Shown here: positions 43,069 to 53,638 of the stretch, in pieces | Position numbering within the stretch: the first letter of the stretch is position 1 | How the letters are laid out: each line of letters opens with the position of its first letter | Position numbers and translations under genes: made by a program | Source: an uncultured Chloroflexia bacterium | Lineage (GTDB): Bacteria; Chloroflexota; Ktedonobacteria; Ktedonobacterales; JADMIN01 | NCBI GenBank assembly: GCA_963702665.1 | Contig: CAVPDP010000016.1 | Location: 735-64,734, forward strand | Length of the DNA: 64,000 nt | Direction: 5' to 3' | Notes under the pieces: model-generated | Databases searched by the model: none | What the model was told of the DNA's origin: nothing | What the model saw: only the letters and a program-made list of their open reading frames with translations

Positions 43069-43683
43069 ATGGTGACGAAAAAACGGGGGGGAGACCCAGC
43101 GCGTCTCGCGGGCGGGCGTGGCCGTCTCGGCTCGTCTCGCGCCGCGGTAGTCGGTATGGTGGCAATCGCGCTGCTCGTTGTGGGATTGACGGGATGCGCT
43201 CTCAATGGGACGGCTGCTGGCCCAACGCCAGCGGGAACGGTCAATAGCGGTGGCACACCGGGCGCACATGCGACGCTCACGCTGCCGACACTGACTGCGA
43301 CAGCCTCGCCCAGCGGCGTCGACGGACAGCAAGGGGTGAAGGAGTTTTGTTCCAAAGCGCCCAGTGTCGAGATTCACCCGGGCGCCACTATCCCTGTATA
43401 CTCAGGCGCCAGCCTGAATTTCAGTCAGGCCAATGGCAGCAACGCCTTCTATGGCTACTGCACCGGCGACTCGACGAGCGCTGTGCAGGATTTTTATGCG
43501 CAGCAACTGCCAAAGCACGGGTGGACAGGTCTCCAGACCTCCACGATTGCGGCGGTGGTTCAGATTACGGCCTCGCAATGCGCGTCGCAGAACGCGCCAA
43601 AGATCATCGTAACGATTGCGCCCGATACGAGCGGCGCGACCACGACCAGCATCTCGATTGTGGTGCTCGCTGGTAGCTGTTAG
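43069..43683 (+). CDS. Putative lipoprotein
   Basis: Lipobox LTGC; Thr/Pro linker; Cys-containing domain. Confidence 0.7.
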   Translation: MVTKKRGGDPARLAGGRGRLGSSRAAVVGMVAIALLVVGLTGCALNGTAAGPTPAGTVNSGGTPGAHATLTLPTLTATASPSGVDGQQGVKEFCSKAPSVEIHPGATIPVYSGASLNFSQANGSNAFYGYCTGDSTSAVQDFYAQQLPKHGWTGLQTSTIAAVVQITASQCASQNAPKIIVTIAPDTSGATTTSISIVVLAGSC

Positions 43684-43834
43684 CGACACATGCCAATGAC
43701 CTGCGTGAAAAAACACCTGCGGTGGGGATATCAGGAGATAGTGGTGATCTCCCGATCCTCGCCGCAGGTGTGTGATGGGTGAACGCCTGATAGCTCTATC
43801 AGGCCCGCTTACAGAACAACACAGAACAACAGGG

Positions 43835-44630
43835 TTAGTGGATGAAGACGACGCCCGCCCCCACATGGATGTAGCGGAAGTCTACCCTGCCAAAGCCGCC
43901 GCCGCGCCAGCTGAAGTTCATCTCGGTAATCAGCACCCAGTAGCCATCTGGCGAGACAGCGACGGCCTGCGCCCAGTGACCATCAGAGCCTGCGCCCTGC
44001 ACATTCGGATTGAACCAGACCGCCGCGCCAGGAATGGCTGTGCTAGTGCGCGTATATTCTTTGCCATAGAGAATATCTTGCTGGGTGGGATGCAGCGCCA
44101 GCACCCACCAGTTGCAGTAGCCGAAGTTGCCGGGCGCATGATAGACACTGCGGTCAGGGTTGTAGATGTTCCCGTAGCAGCCGGGTGGAACGCCCCACTG
44201 GCTGATGTTCGCGACGAACATGTAGCTCTCCTGGCAGGGCAGGCCACCGGTCGCCGCCGCATAGGAGCTGCCTCCAGCGCTGCCTGTGGACGAAGAGTAA
44301 CTCGTGGTGTCGTCGTCTTCTTCGTCGCATGCGCTGAACCCTGTGGGTGGGCGATTGTGCGAGACACGCGGGGAATATCGTTATCAAGACACCAGCGGCA
44401 TCGGCGAGTGTGCCGAATGTCGTGTTCGTGCTGGTCGTCGCGCTCTGGCTCTGGCAGGTCGCCGATGAAGAAGACACCGCGGCGCAGGCGGCGGCAGTAG
44501 GCACAGGCGTCCAGGTCATGGCTGCGGCCATCAGGCCGGTGATCGCCAGGGTGACACAGGTCGCGGAGCGCCATACGCTGCTCAGCACCTTGCGACGTGG
44601 TGCGGTAAACTGATACGGAAAAGCGGCCAT
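43835..44630 (-). CDS. Secreted CHAP-domain protein (frameshift near 44370)
   Basis: Signal-like N-terminus; GYCNWW, GHWA and ITEMN. Confidence 0.78.
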
Positions 44631-45141
44631 ACGTGCAAAACCTCCTCAAGCATTCCACCGATAAGCCAGTGGAGGTCACTCATAGTCGAGTGACGGTCTA
44701 TGAGCCAGAACGAGCCGCCGCTGTGAACTGTCTCATATATGACCAGTCAAATCTGTCATGAACATGCGAAAAATGACAGAATATTCACGAAAACGCACAT
44801 GGGGCAACTTGATGATTCAGCGGGTGCATAGGTGGGAGAAACCCTGAAAAATAGCGGTATTCCGTGAAATGCACCGCTCATCGCCCTGTGCATGTGCGCC
44901 TCTGCGGCGACAGCGCGATTCCGCTATCCATGATGTGTTGGCGCGAGGTGGCCAGGCTGAAGAATCCGGGAATGAAGCGGTTTTAGCGCTTCGGTAACGC
45001 AGATTACGGGCGTTTTGCGTTAGATGGCAAAACTGTCATCGAAAATGGTGATGCAGAGGTGGCGCAGGGGTGGCCAATGGGCTATTTCAGGCATTTCCGT
45101 GGCGCTTGCGGGTTGAAGAAAGCGCAGAAGAGGGGCAATAC

Positions 45142-45556
45142 ATGCGACTGTTGATCTGGCATGTGGATAGTTTTCGCGCCGAGCCAACCGAGCGGGGGCG
45201 CTCGAAGGTCGCGGATAGTGAGCCGCAAACAGTAGCGGTCGACGATGCGCTGGTGGTCTTTGCCGCCGCCGAGAAGCGGGACGAGGCCGAACCAGACGCC
45301 GTTGCCGAGCGCGCGACGGCGGCCATCGAGGAGGTCGCGCGGCAACTGGGCGAACGTACCGTGGTGTTGCACTCGTTCGCCCATCTGTTCGTCGAGCTTT
45401 CGGCGCCCGCCACTGCCCGCGCCATCCTGAACACGATGGAGCAGCGGCTCGCCGCCAATGGCTACACGGTCAGCCAGAGTGCCTTTGGCTGGTTCAATCG
45501 GTTGGAACTGCAACGCGAAGGGCCATCCACTCTCGCGCATCGCCCGCCAGGTGTAG
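45142..45556 (+). CDS. Stand-alone threonyl-tRNA synthetase editing domain, archaeal type (frameshift near 45515)
   Basis: MRLLIWHVD, LHSFAHL and AFGW; the shifted frame gives KGHPLSRIARQV*. Confidence 0.85.
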
Positions 45557-45676
45557 GGCGGGATGGCCAGTTGGAACAAACCAGCGGCAAAGCGCGTCAA
45601 GTGGGCATCCTGTCTATCTGAAGCGGTACTGATTTCGTCGTGGCTATCGTCATATTTCGGTCACTCTGCACGCTCT

Positions 45677-45741
45677 GCAGCCCGCGCAGGCGGGCTTTAT
45701 CATGCGGCGCAGCCCTTAGGCGCGGCTTCAGCCGCCAGCCG
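45677..45741. repeat. REP family 1
   Basis: Same two-hairpin unit as at 39289. Confidence 0.8.
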
Positions 45742-45796
45742 TCTCAGCAATAGACAACAACACCCGAAATAGATTCAGTATGAGAGGATGCGACAT

Positions 45797-46492
45797 ATGG
45801 CGAAACGGGCCTTCGCGCCGGGCGTACTGGCGATAGCGCTGCTGGTGGGTTTCGCGGGGTGTGGCCTGTTCCAGTCTACGGCGATCATCGACTGGGTCAA
45901 CTTCGTCCGCTTCGGCGGGATAACCTATCTTGCGAATTTCAACGTGGGCCGGGAACTTCAGGCCGCCGATCTTGGGCCACAGTTCGCCGCTGTCCGCTCT
46001 CGCCTCGAAGGCAACGTGCATGATGCGAGCTATCAGACAGAGGACGGCGACGCGGCGTTTCTCGACGCGGGCACGCCTGTCTACCAGGTGCGGGGCTACG
46101 CGCCCACCTTCCGCCTCGCCGCCCGCCAGGATGGGAAGCTCGTCCTCTTCGAGGCTGACACGAATCCGCACGCAAAGACCGGCGCCGATCTGCTGGATAT
46201 CGGCGGGAAAGTGCAGTCCATCATTGTGACTGACGACGCGACGTCGGGAGCGCCACTGGCGACGATCACCGACGCGCATCAGCTAACGACGCTGGTGACG
46301 CTGCTGCTGGCGGCGCCTGTTGACCAGTCCCGCCAAAGCGCTGATAATGGCCCGCACTACTGGCTCACCTTCAACCTCACCGATGGCGCACAGGTTGCGC
46401 GCGTCTATCTGCCCGATGCTCACGAGGTGGCGCGAGGCATCATCGTGCCCGATGCGTTTGTCTCGACACTGGCTGCGACGCTCCCGGCGTAG
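45797..46492 (+). CDS. Putative lipoprotein
   Basis: Lipobox FAGC; IDWVNFVRFGGITY. Confidence 0.75.
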   Translation: MAKRAFAPGVLAIALLVGFAGCGLFQSTAIIDWVNFVRFGGITYLANFNVGRELQAADLGPQFAAVRSRLEGNVHDASYQTEDGDAAFLDAGTPVYQVRGYAPTFRLAARQDGKLVLFEADTNPHAKTGADLLDIGGKVQSIIVTDDATSGAPLATITDAHQLTTLVTLLLAAPVDQSRQSADNGPHYWLTFNLTDGAQVARVYLPDAHEVARGIIVPDAFVSTLAATLPA

Positions 46493-47801
46493 CCCTTGCG
46501 GCGCGTGTGGGAGAAGTAGCCCGCGTGGGCGACCCAGACCAGCGCCAGCCCAATGGGATGCGCGCAGATGCCGAGCACATACGCCGCGCTCATCGGCGCC
46601 GCTGTACGCGGATCGAGCGGGAATACCAGTGTCGCGCAGAGGTAGCCGACAAGTCCCACCAGCCACCACCAGTAAAGGCGTCCGCCGCTATTGGTCGGTC
46701 TGACTGTCAGCAGCCAGGCCAGCGGGATGAGCAGCAGCAGATAATAGAAGATCCAGACAATCGGCTCGACGAGCAGCATCGAGCAGACCGCCCAGGAAAG
46801 CGCGCAGAGCGGCGTCATCGATGTGGCTGCCCATTGCTTACTCACCGCTGGCCATAGCCGCCGCAGGATAGCAGGCGCCCCTGAGCCAGTAGCATCACGC
46901 CGAAGAGGGCGATGCACACGAGCAGCGAGATAACCGGCAGAACTCCGCTGGTGGGTTCGCTCTGTCCGGGGTGGAGCAGCGCGGCGGGCAGAACGATCAG
47001 CGCGTGATACAGCGAAAGGTTCACTGGCCCGGCGTTTGGCTGGTCGGAATAGGTGCGCAACGCCTGAATGAACGCGCCATACATCTCGACGCCGGTGAAT
47101 GGCAGTGTCGCCACGATCAGCAACGCGATAGTGGCGATGGTAGTGATGCAGAGGCGGTAGTTGCCGCGCCAGAGGAAGTACACCAGCAGGATGCCAGGGA
47201 AGAGTTTATCCAGGATGGCGATGGCCAGCCCCACGCCCGCCACTACCGGACGGCCCTCCACCTCGCCATAGGCGACCAGCGCGAATCCCAGCAGCAGAAA
47301 GGTCGTGCTCTGGCCCAGGCGCAGGCTATCGGTGACGGGTTGCGCCAGCGCCGCCGCGCCAAACAGTACGAGGCTGGCCGCCCAACTTGGAAAGACACGG
47401 CCAGCGTTACGGGCGGCGCCAGCCACACAGCGCGCCAGCAGCCACAGGCTCGCCAGCAGCGCCGCCAGCGAGAGCAGCCACCAGATCACCCGCGCGACCG
47501 TGTAGGGCAGCAATCCCAGCGGGATGAGCAACGCTGCCGACGGCGGAGTCCAGCGAAAGTCTGACGGCCCATCGGGCAGGTGCAGAACCTGGTAGTTGAA
47601 GATGCGCTGCATCGGCACATCGTAGACCTGGAGCGCGGCATGGTGCGCCAGCGCATAGGCGGCCTCGTAGGGGCCAGTGAAATCGTACCCGGCGCTATGC
47701 AGCGGGAGCCAGATGCCCGAGTAGCCGAAGACGCCCAGGCAGGCGAGCAGGACAACGAGCAGGAACGGCCGGAGTAGCCGACGGAGTGGCTGTGATGTCA
47801 T
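46420..47801 (-). CDS. Glycosyltransferase family 87 (GT-C) protein (frameshift near 46860)
   Basis: DF..Y, FRWTPP, LRLGQ and K-L-F-P motifs; many TM segments. Confidence 0.8.
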
Positions 47802-48017
47802 CCCTGATGACCGCTGCCTTTCGGGTATTAGGAAGGGTGAATCTGAGTCGTCTATCGGCGCGAGTCTCTTCGTGTCATCGCCTGGGCATGCTATGCGCAG
47901 GGGCTATTGTACGCCAGCGCTGGCGTAGTTACCATACCATGTGCGCCGTATGCGGTTGAGAGATATGGTATTTTTCGTTGGTGATCGGTCTGAATTCGCG
48001 GAAAACGAGGTCATCTC

Positions 48018-48626
48018 ATGCCATCCCAAGATACTGATAACGCCTACGACACCCGCGATGTGCAGCACTTTGAGCACTGGTCGCACACGTATGAAAGCTC
48101 GTGGATGCAGCGCCGCCTCTTCACCCGTATCCATGCGGCCGTACTCGACCTCGCCGCGCCGTTCCCGCCGCCGACCAGTCTGCTCGATGTCGGTTGTGGC
48201 ACGGGGCGACTGTTGCGCGCCGCAGCGATCCGCTGGCCGTCCGCGCAACTCATAGGCGTTGACCCCGCCCAGGGCATGGTGGATGGCGCGCAGCATCTGA
48301 CCCCTGGCGCCACCATCCATCGCGGTCTCGCCGAATCGCTTCCCCTGCCCGATGCCAGCGTCGATCTGGCCTTCAGCACAATGTCATCCCACCACTGGCG
48401 CGACCAAGCTGCGGGCGTGCGCGAGATTGCCCGTGTCTTGCGCCCCGGTGGTCACTTCATCCTGGCCGATTTCGCCCCGCCGCGTGCGCTGACCTGGTTC
48501 TCCCTCGGCGGCGGCGGCCTATCCGCCTCAGCCCGCCAGCGGCTATTCACTGCGGCTGGCCTGCGCATCGAGCGGCAGCGAACCGTCGTCTACCCCTTCA
48601 TCCTGGCCACACTCGCCACTCGTTAA
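48018..48626 (+). CDS. Class I SAM-dependent methyltransferase
   Basis: LLDVGCGTG and RVLRPGG. Confidence 0.92.
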   Translation: MPSQDTDNAYDTRDVQHFEHWSHTYESSWMQRRLFTRIHAAVLDLAAPFPPPTSLLDVGCGTGRLLRAAAIRWPSAQLIGVDPAQGMVDGAQHLTPGATIHRGLAESLPLPDASVDLAFSTMSSHHWRDQAAGVREIARVLRPGGHFILADFAPPRALTWFSLGGGGLSASARQRLFTAAGLRIERQRTVVYPFILATLATR

Positions 48627-48643
48627 GGATAAATCTCCCCGAC

Positions 48644-49138
48644 TTACAGATCCGGCGTTGGCAGACCATTCATGCCGAGGGTGTAGAACAGCTCCCCGCC
48701 GTGGTGCAGGTCGTGTTCGATCAGGTGCCAGATGACCCACTGGCGCGTATAAGCCTCTGGCTCATCGGGATCGGGACGGTCGTTCGGGAAGGTATCGGCC
48801 AGGTTGGCGATGGTCCAGCGGCCCAGGCAGTCGGCGATGACTTTCCACGATGTCTCCAGCCCCTGCGCCAGGTCGGCGGCGTTGCGTGTGGGCTGGCCGG
48901 GACGATCCCAGACGCCCAGGCTGGCCATCGTCGCGCCGCCCTCGCTCAGCACACGCGAGAACCACCGCGCCCGCGCGCCGATGATGTGATTCACGATTTC
49001 AGAGACGTTGCGCAGGTTGGCCGCCGGTCGTAGCGCCAACTGCTCCTGGGTGAGCGGCGCCACCGCCTCGACCAGATAGTTCGTGTAGACATCCCAGCCC
49101 GCATAGATCTGCTTCAGGGTTATCGTCTCGTCACTCAT
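48644..49138 (-). CDS. DinB family protein
   Basis: HIIGARARW and HLIEHDLHHGGE. Confidence 0.88.
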   Translation of the reverse strand: MSDETITLKQIYAGWDVYTNYLVEAVAPLTQEQLALRPAANLRNVSEIVNHIIGARARWFSRVLSEGGATMASLGVWDRPGQPTRNAADLAQGLETSWKVIADCLGRWTIANLADTFPNDRPDPDEPEAYTRQWVIWHLIEHDLHHGGELFYTLGMNGLPTPDL

Positions 49139-49144
49139 CGTCGG

Positions 49145-49621
49145 TTACTCCTTTGGCTCCAATGTTTCCAGCATGCCAATGTGTTCGCGATAATGCTCGA
49201 AGGTGTCGCCCGCGAAGAGTCCGTACAACTCCTCATCGGCCAGATCATCCGCGCTCAGCGATTCGGCCAGCGCCAACACCTGCTGATAGGAGCTAGCGAA
49301 GGCGGCGCGCACCTCGGCGAGCGGGCGGTCACGGTTGGCGGCCAGCACACCCGCGTTGATGCGGCCAATCGCCGCCGCCTCATCCTCGCCCGGCTGGATG
49401 AGGCTTTCACGCGCGCCATCAACATAGGCGACCAGACGCTGTTCCCAGAAGGTGATGTGCGCCAGCATGTCTTTGACCGACCACTCGCCAAATGCGCCCG
49501 GCTGGACGAACTGCTCGTCGCCGACGCCCGCGAGCAGCGCAGCGAGCCGTGCGTGTTCGGCGCGCATCAGATCGGCAATCGGCGTCTCGCGGGTGGGTTG
49601 GGGTTGGTCGTCGGATTGCAT
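49145..49621 (-). CDS. DinB/ClbS-like (MDMPI N-terminal) protein
   Basis: WSVKDMLAHITFWE and EHYREH. Confidence 0.85.
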   Translation of the reverse strand: MQSDDQPQPTRETPIADLMRAEHARLAALLAGVGDEQFVQPGAFGEWSVKDMLAHITFWEQRLVAYVDGARESLIQPGEDEAAAIGRINAGVLAANRDRPLAEVRAAFASSYQQVLALAESLSADDLADEELYGLFAGDTFEHYREHIGMLETLEPKE

Positions 49622-49766
49622 AAATTCCCTCCTGATCGGCCTCCTGCGCCGCCATCACAAACAGCCAATTGTTGGTGTTTCGTTGCGCTGCTCTCAGAAA
49701 CAGTTACGAGGATGCTGTTTTTACCGAGAGGTCGGCTCCCCGGCTGGCGTGGCAAGTGATGCGCCG

Positions 49767-50189
49767 CTAGGCCTCACCGGTCTCAGGGGATACGCTGGCC
49801 GCGCTGGATGCGGCGGCGATGCCGCGTTTGTAGCGGGCCGCGCTCGCCTCGCCAATGCCGATACCAGCGAATGCCAGCAGCAGATGGATCACCTGGATAA
49901 CCCAGTGAGCCGCCGTGGGCAGGGGCAGCAACTCTTGCTGAATCAGGCCGAAGATGGCGATAATCAGGCCGACGACGAAGGTGCCGACGACCAGGCCGAG
50001 GCTGCCACTCTTGGTCATGCCCTGCGCCAGCCCCAGCAGCCAGATCGCCGCGACGAAGAGAATGCCGATCAGCATATGAATCAGCACCAGCCAGCGCGGC
50101 TCGGCGATGTTGGACCAGAAGAGCAGGCCCAGGATCAGATTAATGACAAAAAGGGCACGGAGTGATATGTGTGCGATACGAACAACCAC
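49767..50189 (-). CDS. 4-TM membrane protein (paralog of 33926-34318)
   Basis: LGLLFW...HMLIG...VIHLLL. Confidence 0.75.
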   Translation of the reverse strand: MVVRIAHISLRALFVINLILGLLFWSNIAEPRWLVLIHMLIGILFVAAIWLLGLAQGMTKSGSLGLVVGTFVVGLIIAIFGLIQQELLPLPTAAHWVIQVIHLLLAFAGIGIGEASAARYKRGIAAASSAASVSPETGEA

Positions 50190-50439
50190 GCTACTTTCCT
50201 CCACTGCGCGAGATGTGAGAACGGATGACATCGAGAACATTCCGCCTATAGCATACCGCATGCGGGCTATCACATTGCTCGCGTGAAGAGGTTCGCATTC
50301 AGGAGATGCGGTAGGTGGCTTAGTTTTCGGGGGGATGCCAACCAGCTAATACCCAATAACCTAGTCGACACTAGTTGGCGAGTTGAGGTACTCGGCAGCC
50401 GTTGACAGCGTGACGACATCCCTAATTCATTCGAGTCCC

Positions 50440-52275
50440 TTAACCCGCACGCTGGCGGAACCAACGCACCAAAGGCCAACCGCGCGATGTTCGATACCTT
50501 GCAGATGGCGGGTCGTCAGAATCCTCCATCTCTGGTAATCGTACGAACGAGAAATGGAGATGGCTTAGCTTGTCAGGCGGGTTTTCCATCGGTTTGATCC
50601 AGTAGACCGGGCGGATGAACTCTGCCCCTTTATTCAAGTGCAATGCATATTCCCATTCGCGTCGCACCCATGGCGAGCGTGCCGATTTCTCTGACCAGAA
50701 AAGTTGAAAAATCTCTGCCTCTCGGATCATTGTCCTGAGTCCGTCATCAAAATCCTGCCCCGAACGCAAGGTATCGCGGTCAATGAGTACAATGTCGCTC
50801 AGCGACCTATATGCGGCCCTGCATGCGAGCACCACGGGCGTATCTGCATGGCTGTATGAGATGAAGATGCGACGATACTGCGCGGCCATGGATTCCGCAG
50901 TTGGCTCATTCGTCTGGGATGAACTTACAGCCTCAAACGAAAGCGGCACTCTCAGAGTGGCAATGATGAACGGCCCGGCATACACGGTTATCGAGCATGC
51001 GTGCTGAGAGCCTGCAAGGTCTTGTCGAGCAGTAAATGTGAATTCGTTGCGGTGCCAGCGTTTATACCACCGAAATGAATCGTACTCTGGCTCAAAGGTT
51101 ACTCCATCGCATTCCGGCACGACCGTGAGCACTGTTCCCCGAATGAGCGCACGACTCGCGGGAACCATCAATTCCTGCGGATGGACGCCCAACTGCTGCC
51201 CAAATGAGGCAGCGTCCTTTCGTACTGCTTGTAATGCTTCTTCGATGTGGGCGTACACGAGCATCGTCTGCGGGAGAGTGACTACCGGGCGACCTGGCGT
51301 GTAGCTCGTGAATTGCGCCCGATCAATAGCATAGTCAGACGATCCAAAATTCGGCCCAGGCTCGTGGGTAACTTCACCCCCTCCTTGTGTCAGGATATCT
51401 TCGAGACGCTTCACCGTTGCAGCAAGGTCTTGTGCTGTTGCAGCAACGCTGGCGGATGTTTGTGTAAACGCATTAGCACTAGCGGCTAACTGATTGGTGC
51501 TCGTTTGCGTCTGCTGTGCCTGAGTTCCTAGTGCTGCAATGCTCTCACCCAGCCCCTTAGTCAACTCGCGGACTTCATGTTCGATGAACTGTTGGTGTCC
51601 TTTCTGTGACTGCTGAAAGCTTTCTGTCACCCTCTCGAATTTCCCCAATGCGCGTCTGGTATTGTCAGCCTCATCTCTGGCGGCTTGGTTTATCGCGTGC
51701 GCCCAACGTGCTGGATCAGTGCTTGCAAGCGGAACATCTGTAGCGACCTTAAGCGCGCTCAGCATGACTTGATTGACCATCACCATCAGATGCTGTGCCG
51801 CACGGCGCGCTCTATTGGTTGAAGCCTCCAAGGCCACCATGATCATGCTCGCGACGAGGAGTAAGAGGCCATCGGCGATACCCGTGACACTCGGTGTGAG
51901 GACGACAGCGCCACCAAACCCCTGTTGCCAAAGACTGAATAAGTTAGTATTCGATGATTGAGCTGGTACCTGTTGATAGGCTATGAATGCCCAGCTCAAA
52001 GCACCCAGAGTCACGATGACTGGCAGGATGAATAGAAAGTTTCGTAAGCTCCGAAATGCGCTGAGTCGCTGCTGCTTTCTGCGGACAATCTCACTGGCAA
52101 TAGCCTCAGGCGCAACGAATTGATAGATCGTTGCCGGATCAGTGTGGTCGATTATTCGAAGCGCCGACGAGAGGCGTTCCGCACCGTCTAGAGCGCCTGC
52201 TCTGCGTAATTCTTTAATCACTAGGTCTGGACTGTGACCCAGTATGTTCTGTAAGGTGATTGCCATTTCACCCAT
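50440..52275 (-). CDS. 2-TM + coiled-coil + beta-rich domain + TIR domain protein
   Basis: C-terminal IFISYSHAD...LRSG...FQLFWS..SARSPWVRREWEYA; AT-richer DNA. Confidence 0.85.
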   Translation of the reverse strand: MGEMAITLQNILGHSPDLVIKELRRAGALDGAERLSSALRIIDHTDPATIYQFVAPEAIASEIVRRKQQRLSAFRSLRNFLFILPVIVTLGALSWAFIAYQQVPAQSSNTNLFSLWQQGFGGAVVLTPSVTGIADGLLLLVASMIMVALEASTNRARRAAQHLMVMVNQVMLSALKVATDVPLASTDPARWAHAINQAARDEADNTRRALGKFERVTESFQQSQKGHQQFIEHEVRELTKGLGESIAALGTQAQQTQTSTNQLAASANAFTQTSASVAATAQDLAATVKRLEDILTQGGGEVTHEPGPNFGSSDYAIDRAQFTSYTPGRPVVTLPQTMLVYAHIEEALQAVRKDAASFGQQLGVHPQELMVPASRALIRGTVLTVVPECDGVTFEPEYDSFRWYKRWHRNEFTFTARQDLAGSQHACSITVYAGPFIIATLRVPLSFEAVSSSQTNEPTAESMAAQYRRIFISYSHADTPVVLACRAAYRSLSDIVLIDRDTLRSGQDFDDGLRTMIREAEIFQLFWSEKSARSPWVRREWEYALHLNKGAEFIRPVYWIKPMENPPDKLSHLHFSFVRLPEMEDSDDPPSARYRTSRGWPLVRWFRQRAG

Positions 52276-52516
52276 AAGTCGATTCCCTCCTCGTTGAGAC
52301 AAGCAAGCATCTGGATTGCAGGATAGGCACGTAGAAATCGGGCAGCAAGGATTCATAGAACGACGGCAGGAAGTTAAACACGGACGGTTGGAAATTGCTT
52401 GTTTAGTATACCGATGTATGATAAATTAGGCAAGTGGATAGTGTCTGACAACCTACGTTACCACTCATTGGTGAATATTGGGCCACTGGCTGGAATTGCT
52501 CGTCGGGGATTGGCCA

Positions 52517-52888
52517 TCAGGGGTGAGTATTCAGCGGTGGACGCAGGCCACGCTCTACCGCTACTTTGAGCGCCTGCGCCTTCTCGACCATACCACGCCG
52601 ATAGATCATCATCAGTTCGTCCAGCCGATGGCGCGCGTCGTCGTCCAGCGTTCCCTCGCGCTGGCGACCCAGCAGTGTACTTAACTCACGTTGTTCGCTC
52701 TGGCTCATCTCAAGATCGCACAGCGCCAGAACCTGGTCGTCTGGGAGCGATTCCACTGGGACATCGGTTGCCGCACGACCAAGCCACTCCAACAACACAT
52801 CCTCCACCTGCCGGTGTGTTTGTTGAGCTACCGTCGTGGCCCGTCGGGCAAGGTCAGGAGGCAAATCGAGAGTAACTATGTGTCCCAT
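52517..52888 (-). CDS. Hypothetical antitoxin-like protein
   Basis: N-terminal RHH-like VTLDLPPDL; LSTLLGRQREGTL; stop overlaps a following ATG. Confidence 0.7.
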   Translation of the reverse strand: MGHIVTLDLPPDLARRATTVAQQTHRQVEDVLLEWLGRAATDVPVESLPDDQVLALCDLEMSQSEQRELSTLLGRQREGTLDDDARHRLDELMMIYRRGMVEKAQALKVAVERGLRPPLNTHP

Positions 52889-53113
52889 TGGAAATCTCTC
52901 CAGTCAGCGTATAGCCGAATTCTGCTTCATCGTACCATGCGCCAAACCAACCCCGCCAATATGCCAACTGCCAATATGCCAACATGCCAACGCCTGCGGA
53001 AGCCATCACAACCATTGAAGTACAGCCACCCATATGATAGAATGATTAAGGGATTACTAAATCGTCGGACTTATGTTCGAGATTTCCCGCTATGGAGCGG
53101 ATGGAGCAGAGCG

Positions 53114-53638
53114 ATGGCACAGAGGCGTAGCGCAGTGGCCCGCCGTGTCGAGGCGGCGGATGATGCCGTGGGCGAGGCGTGCCTGACGCCAGGGGCCGAC
53201 CCAGAACGAACCGCTCGTGGGCGTTCGCTCCTGCCAGATGCGCGTGCGCAAATCGCGCTGGCCGAGACATTCCGCGCGCTGGCCGACCCGACACGCGTCA
53301 GCATCGTGCTCTCGCTGCTGCGGCAGGAGCTTTGCACGTGCGATTTGGCGGCGATCACCGGCGTCACCGAGTCTGCCGTCTCACAGCATCTGCGCCAACT
53401 GCGCCAGTTGCGGCTGGTGAAAAGCCGCCGCGCGGGCCGGATGGTCTTCTACAGCCTCGACGACCTGCACATCCGCATTCTGCTGACGGTCTGTCTGCAC
53501 CACATCCACGACGATGGGCGGGAACACGACGGGCTGGAGCGTGTCCTCGACTTCTTCCCCGACCTGCTCGAAGATCCCGCTGCGGAGACGGCAGAGGGCA
53601 ATGGAGCGCGGTCGCCGGTGAAAGAGGTGGCGCGATGA
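53114..53638 (+). CDS. ArsR/SmtB family metalloregulator
   Basis: FRALADPTR, ELCTCDLA, SAVSQHLR and YSLDDLH. Confidence 0.92.
   Translation: MAQRRSAVARRVEAADDAVGEACLTPGADPERTARGRSLLPDARAQIALAETFRALADPTRVSIVLSLLRQELCTCDLAAITGVTESAVSQHLRQLRQLRLVKSRRAGRMVFYSLDDLHIRILLTVCLHHIHDDGREHDGLERVLDFFPDLLEDPAAETAEGNGARSPVKEVAR

Noticed and set aside
44640-45100. c-di-AMP (ydaO) riboswitch upstream of the CHAP gene
   Set aside because: Only a GCTGAATC fragment and local hairpins are present; the other conserved elements are missing. An Rfam scan would settle it
52955-52991. Short tandem (GCCAAT)ATGCCAAC repeats upstream of arsR
   Set aside because: Too short and irregular; likely slippage, and not a recognisable SmtB box
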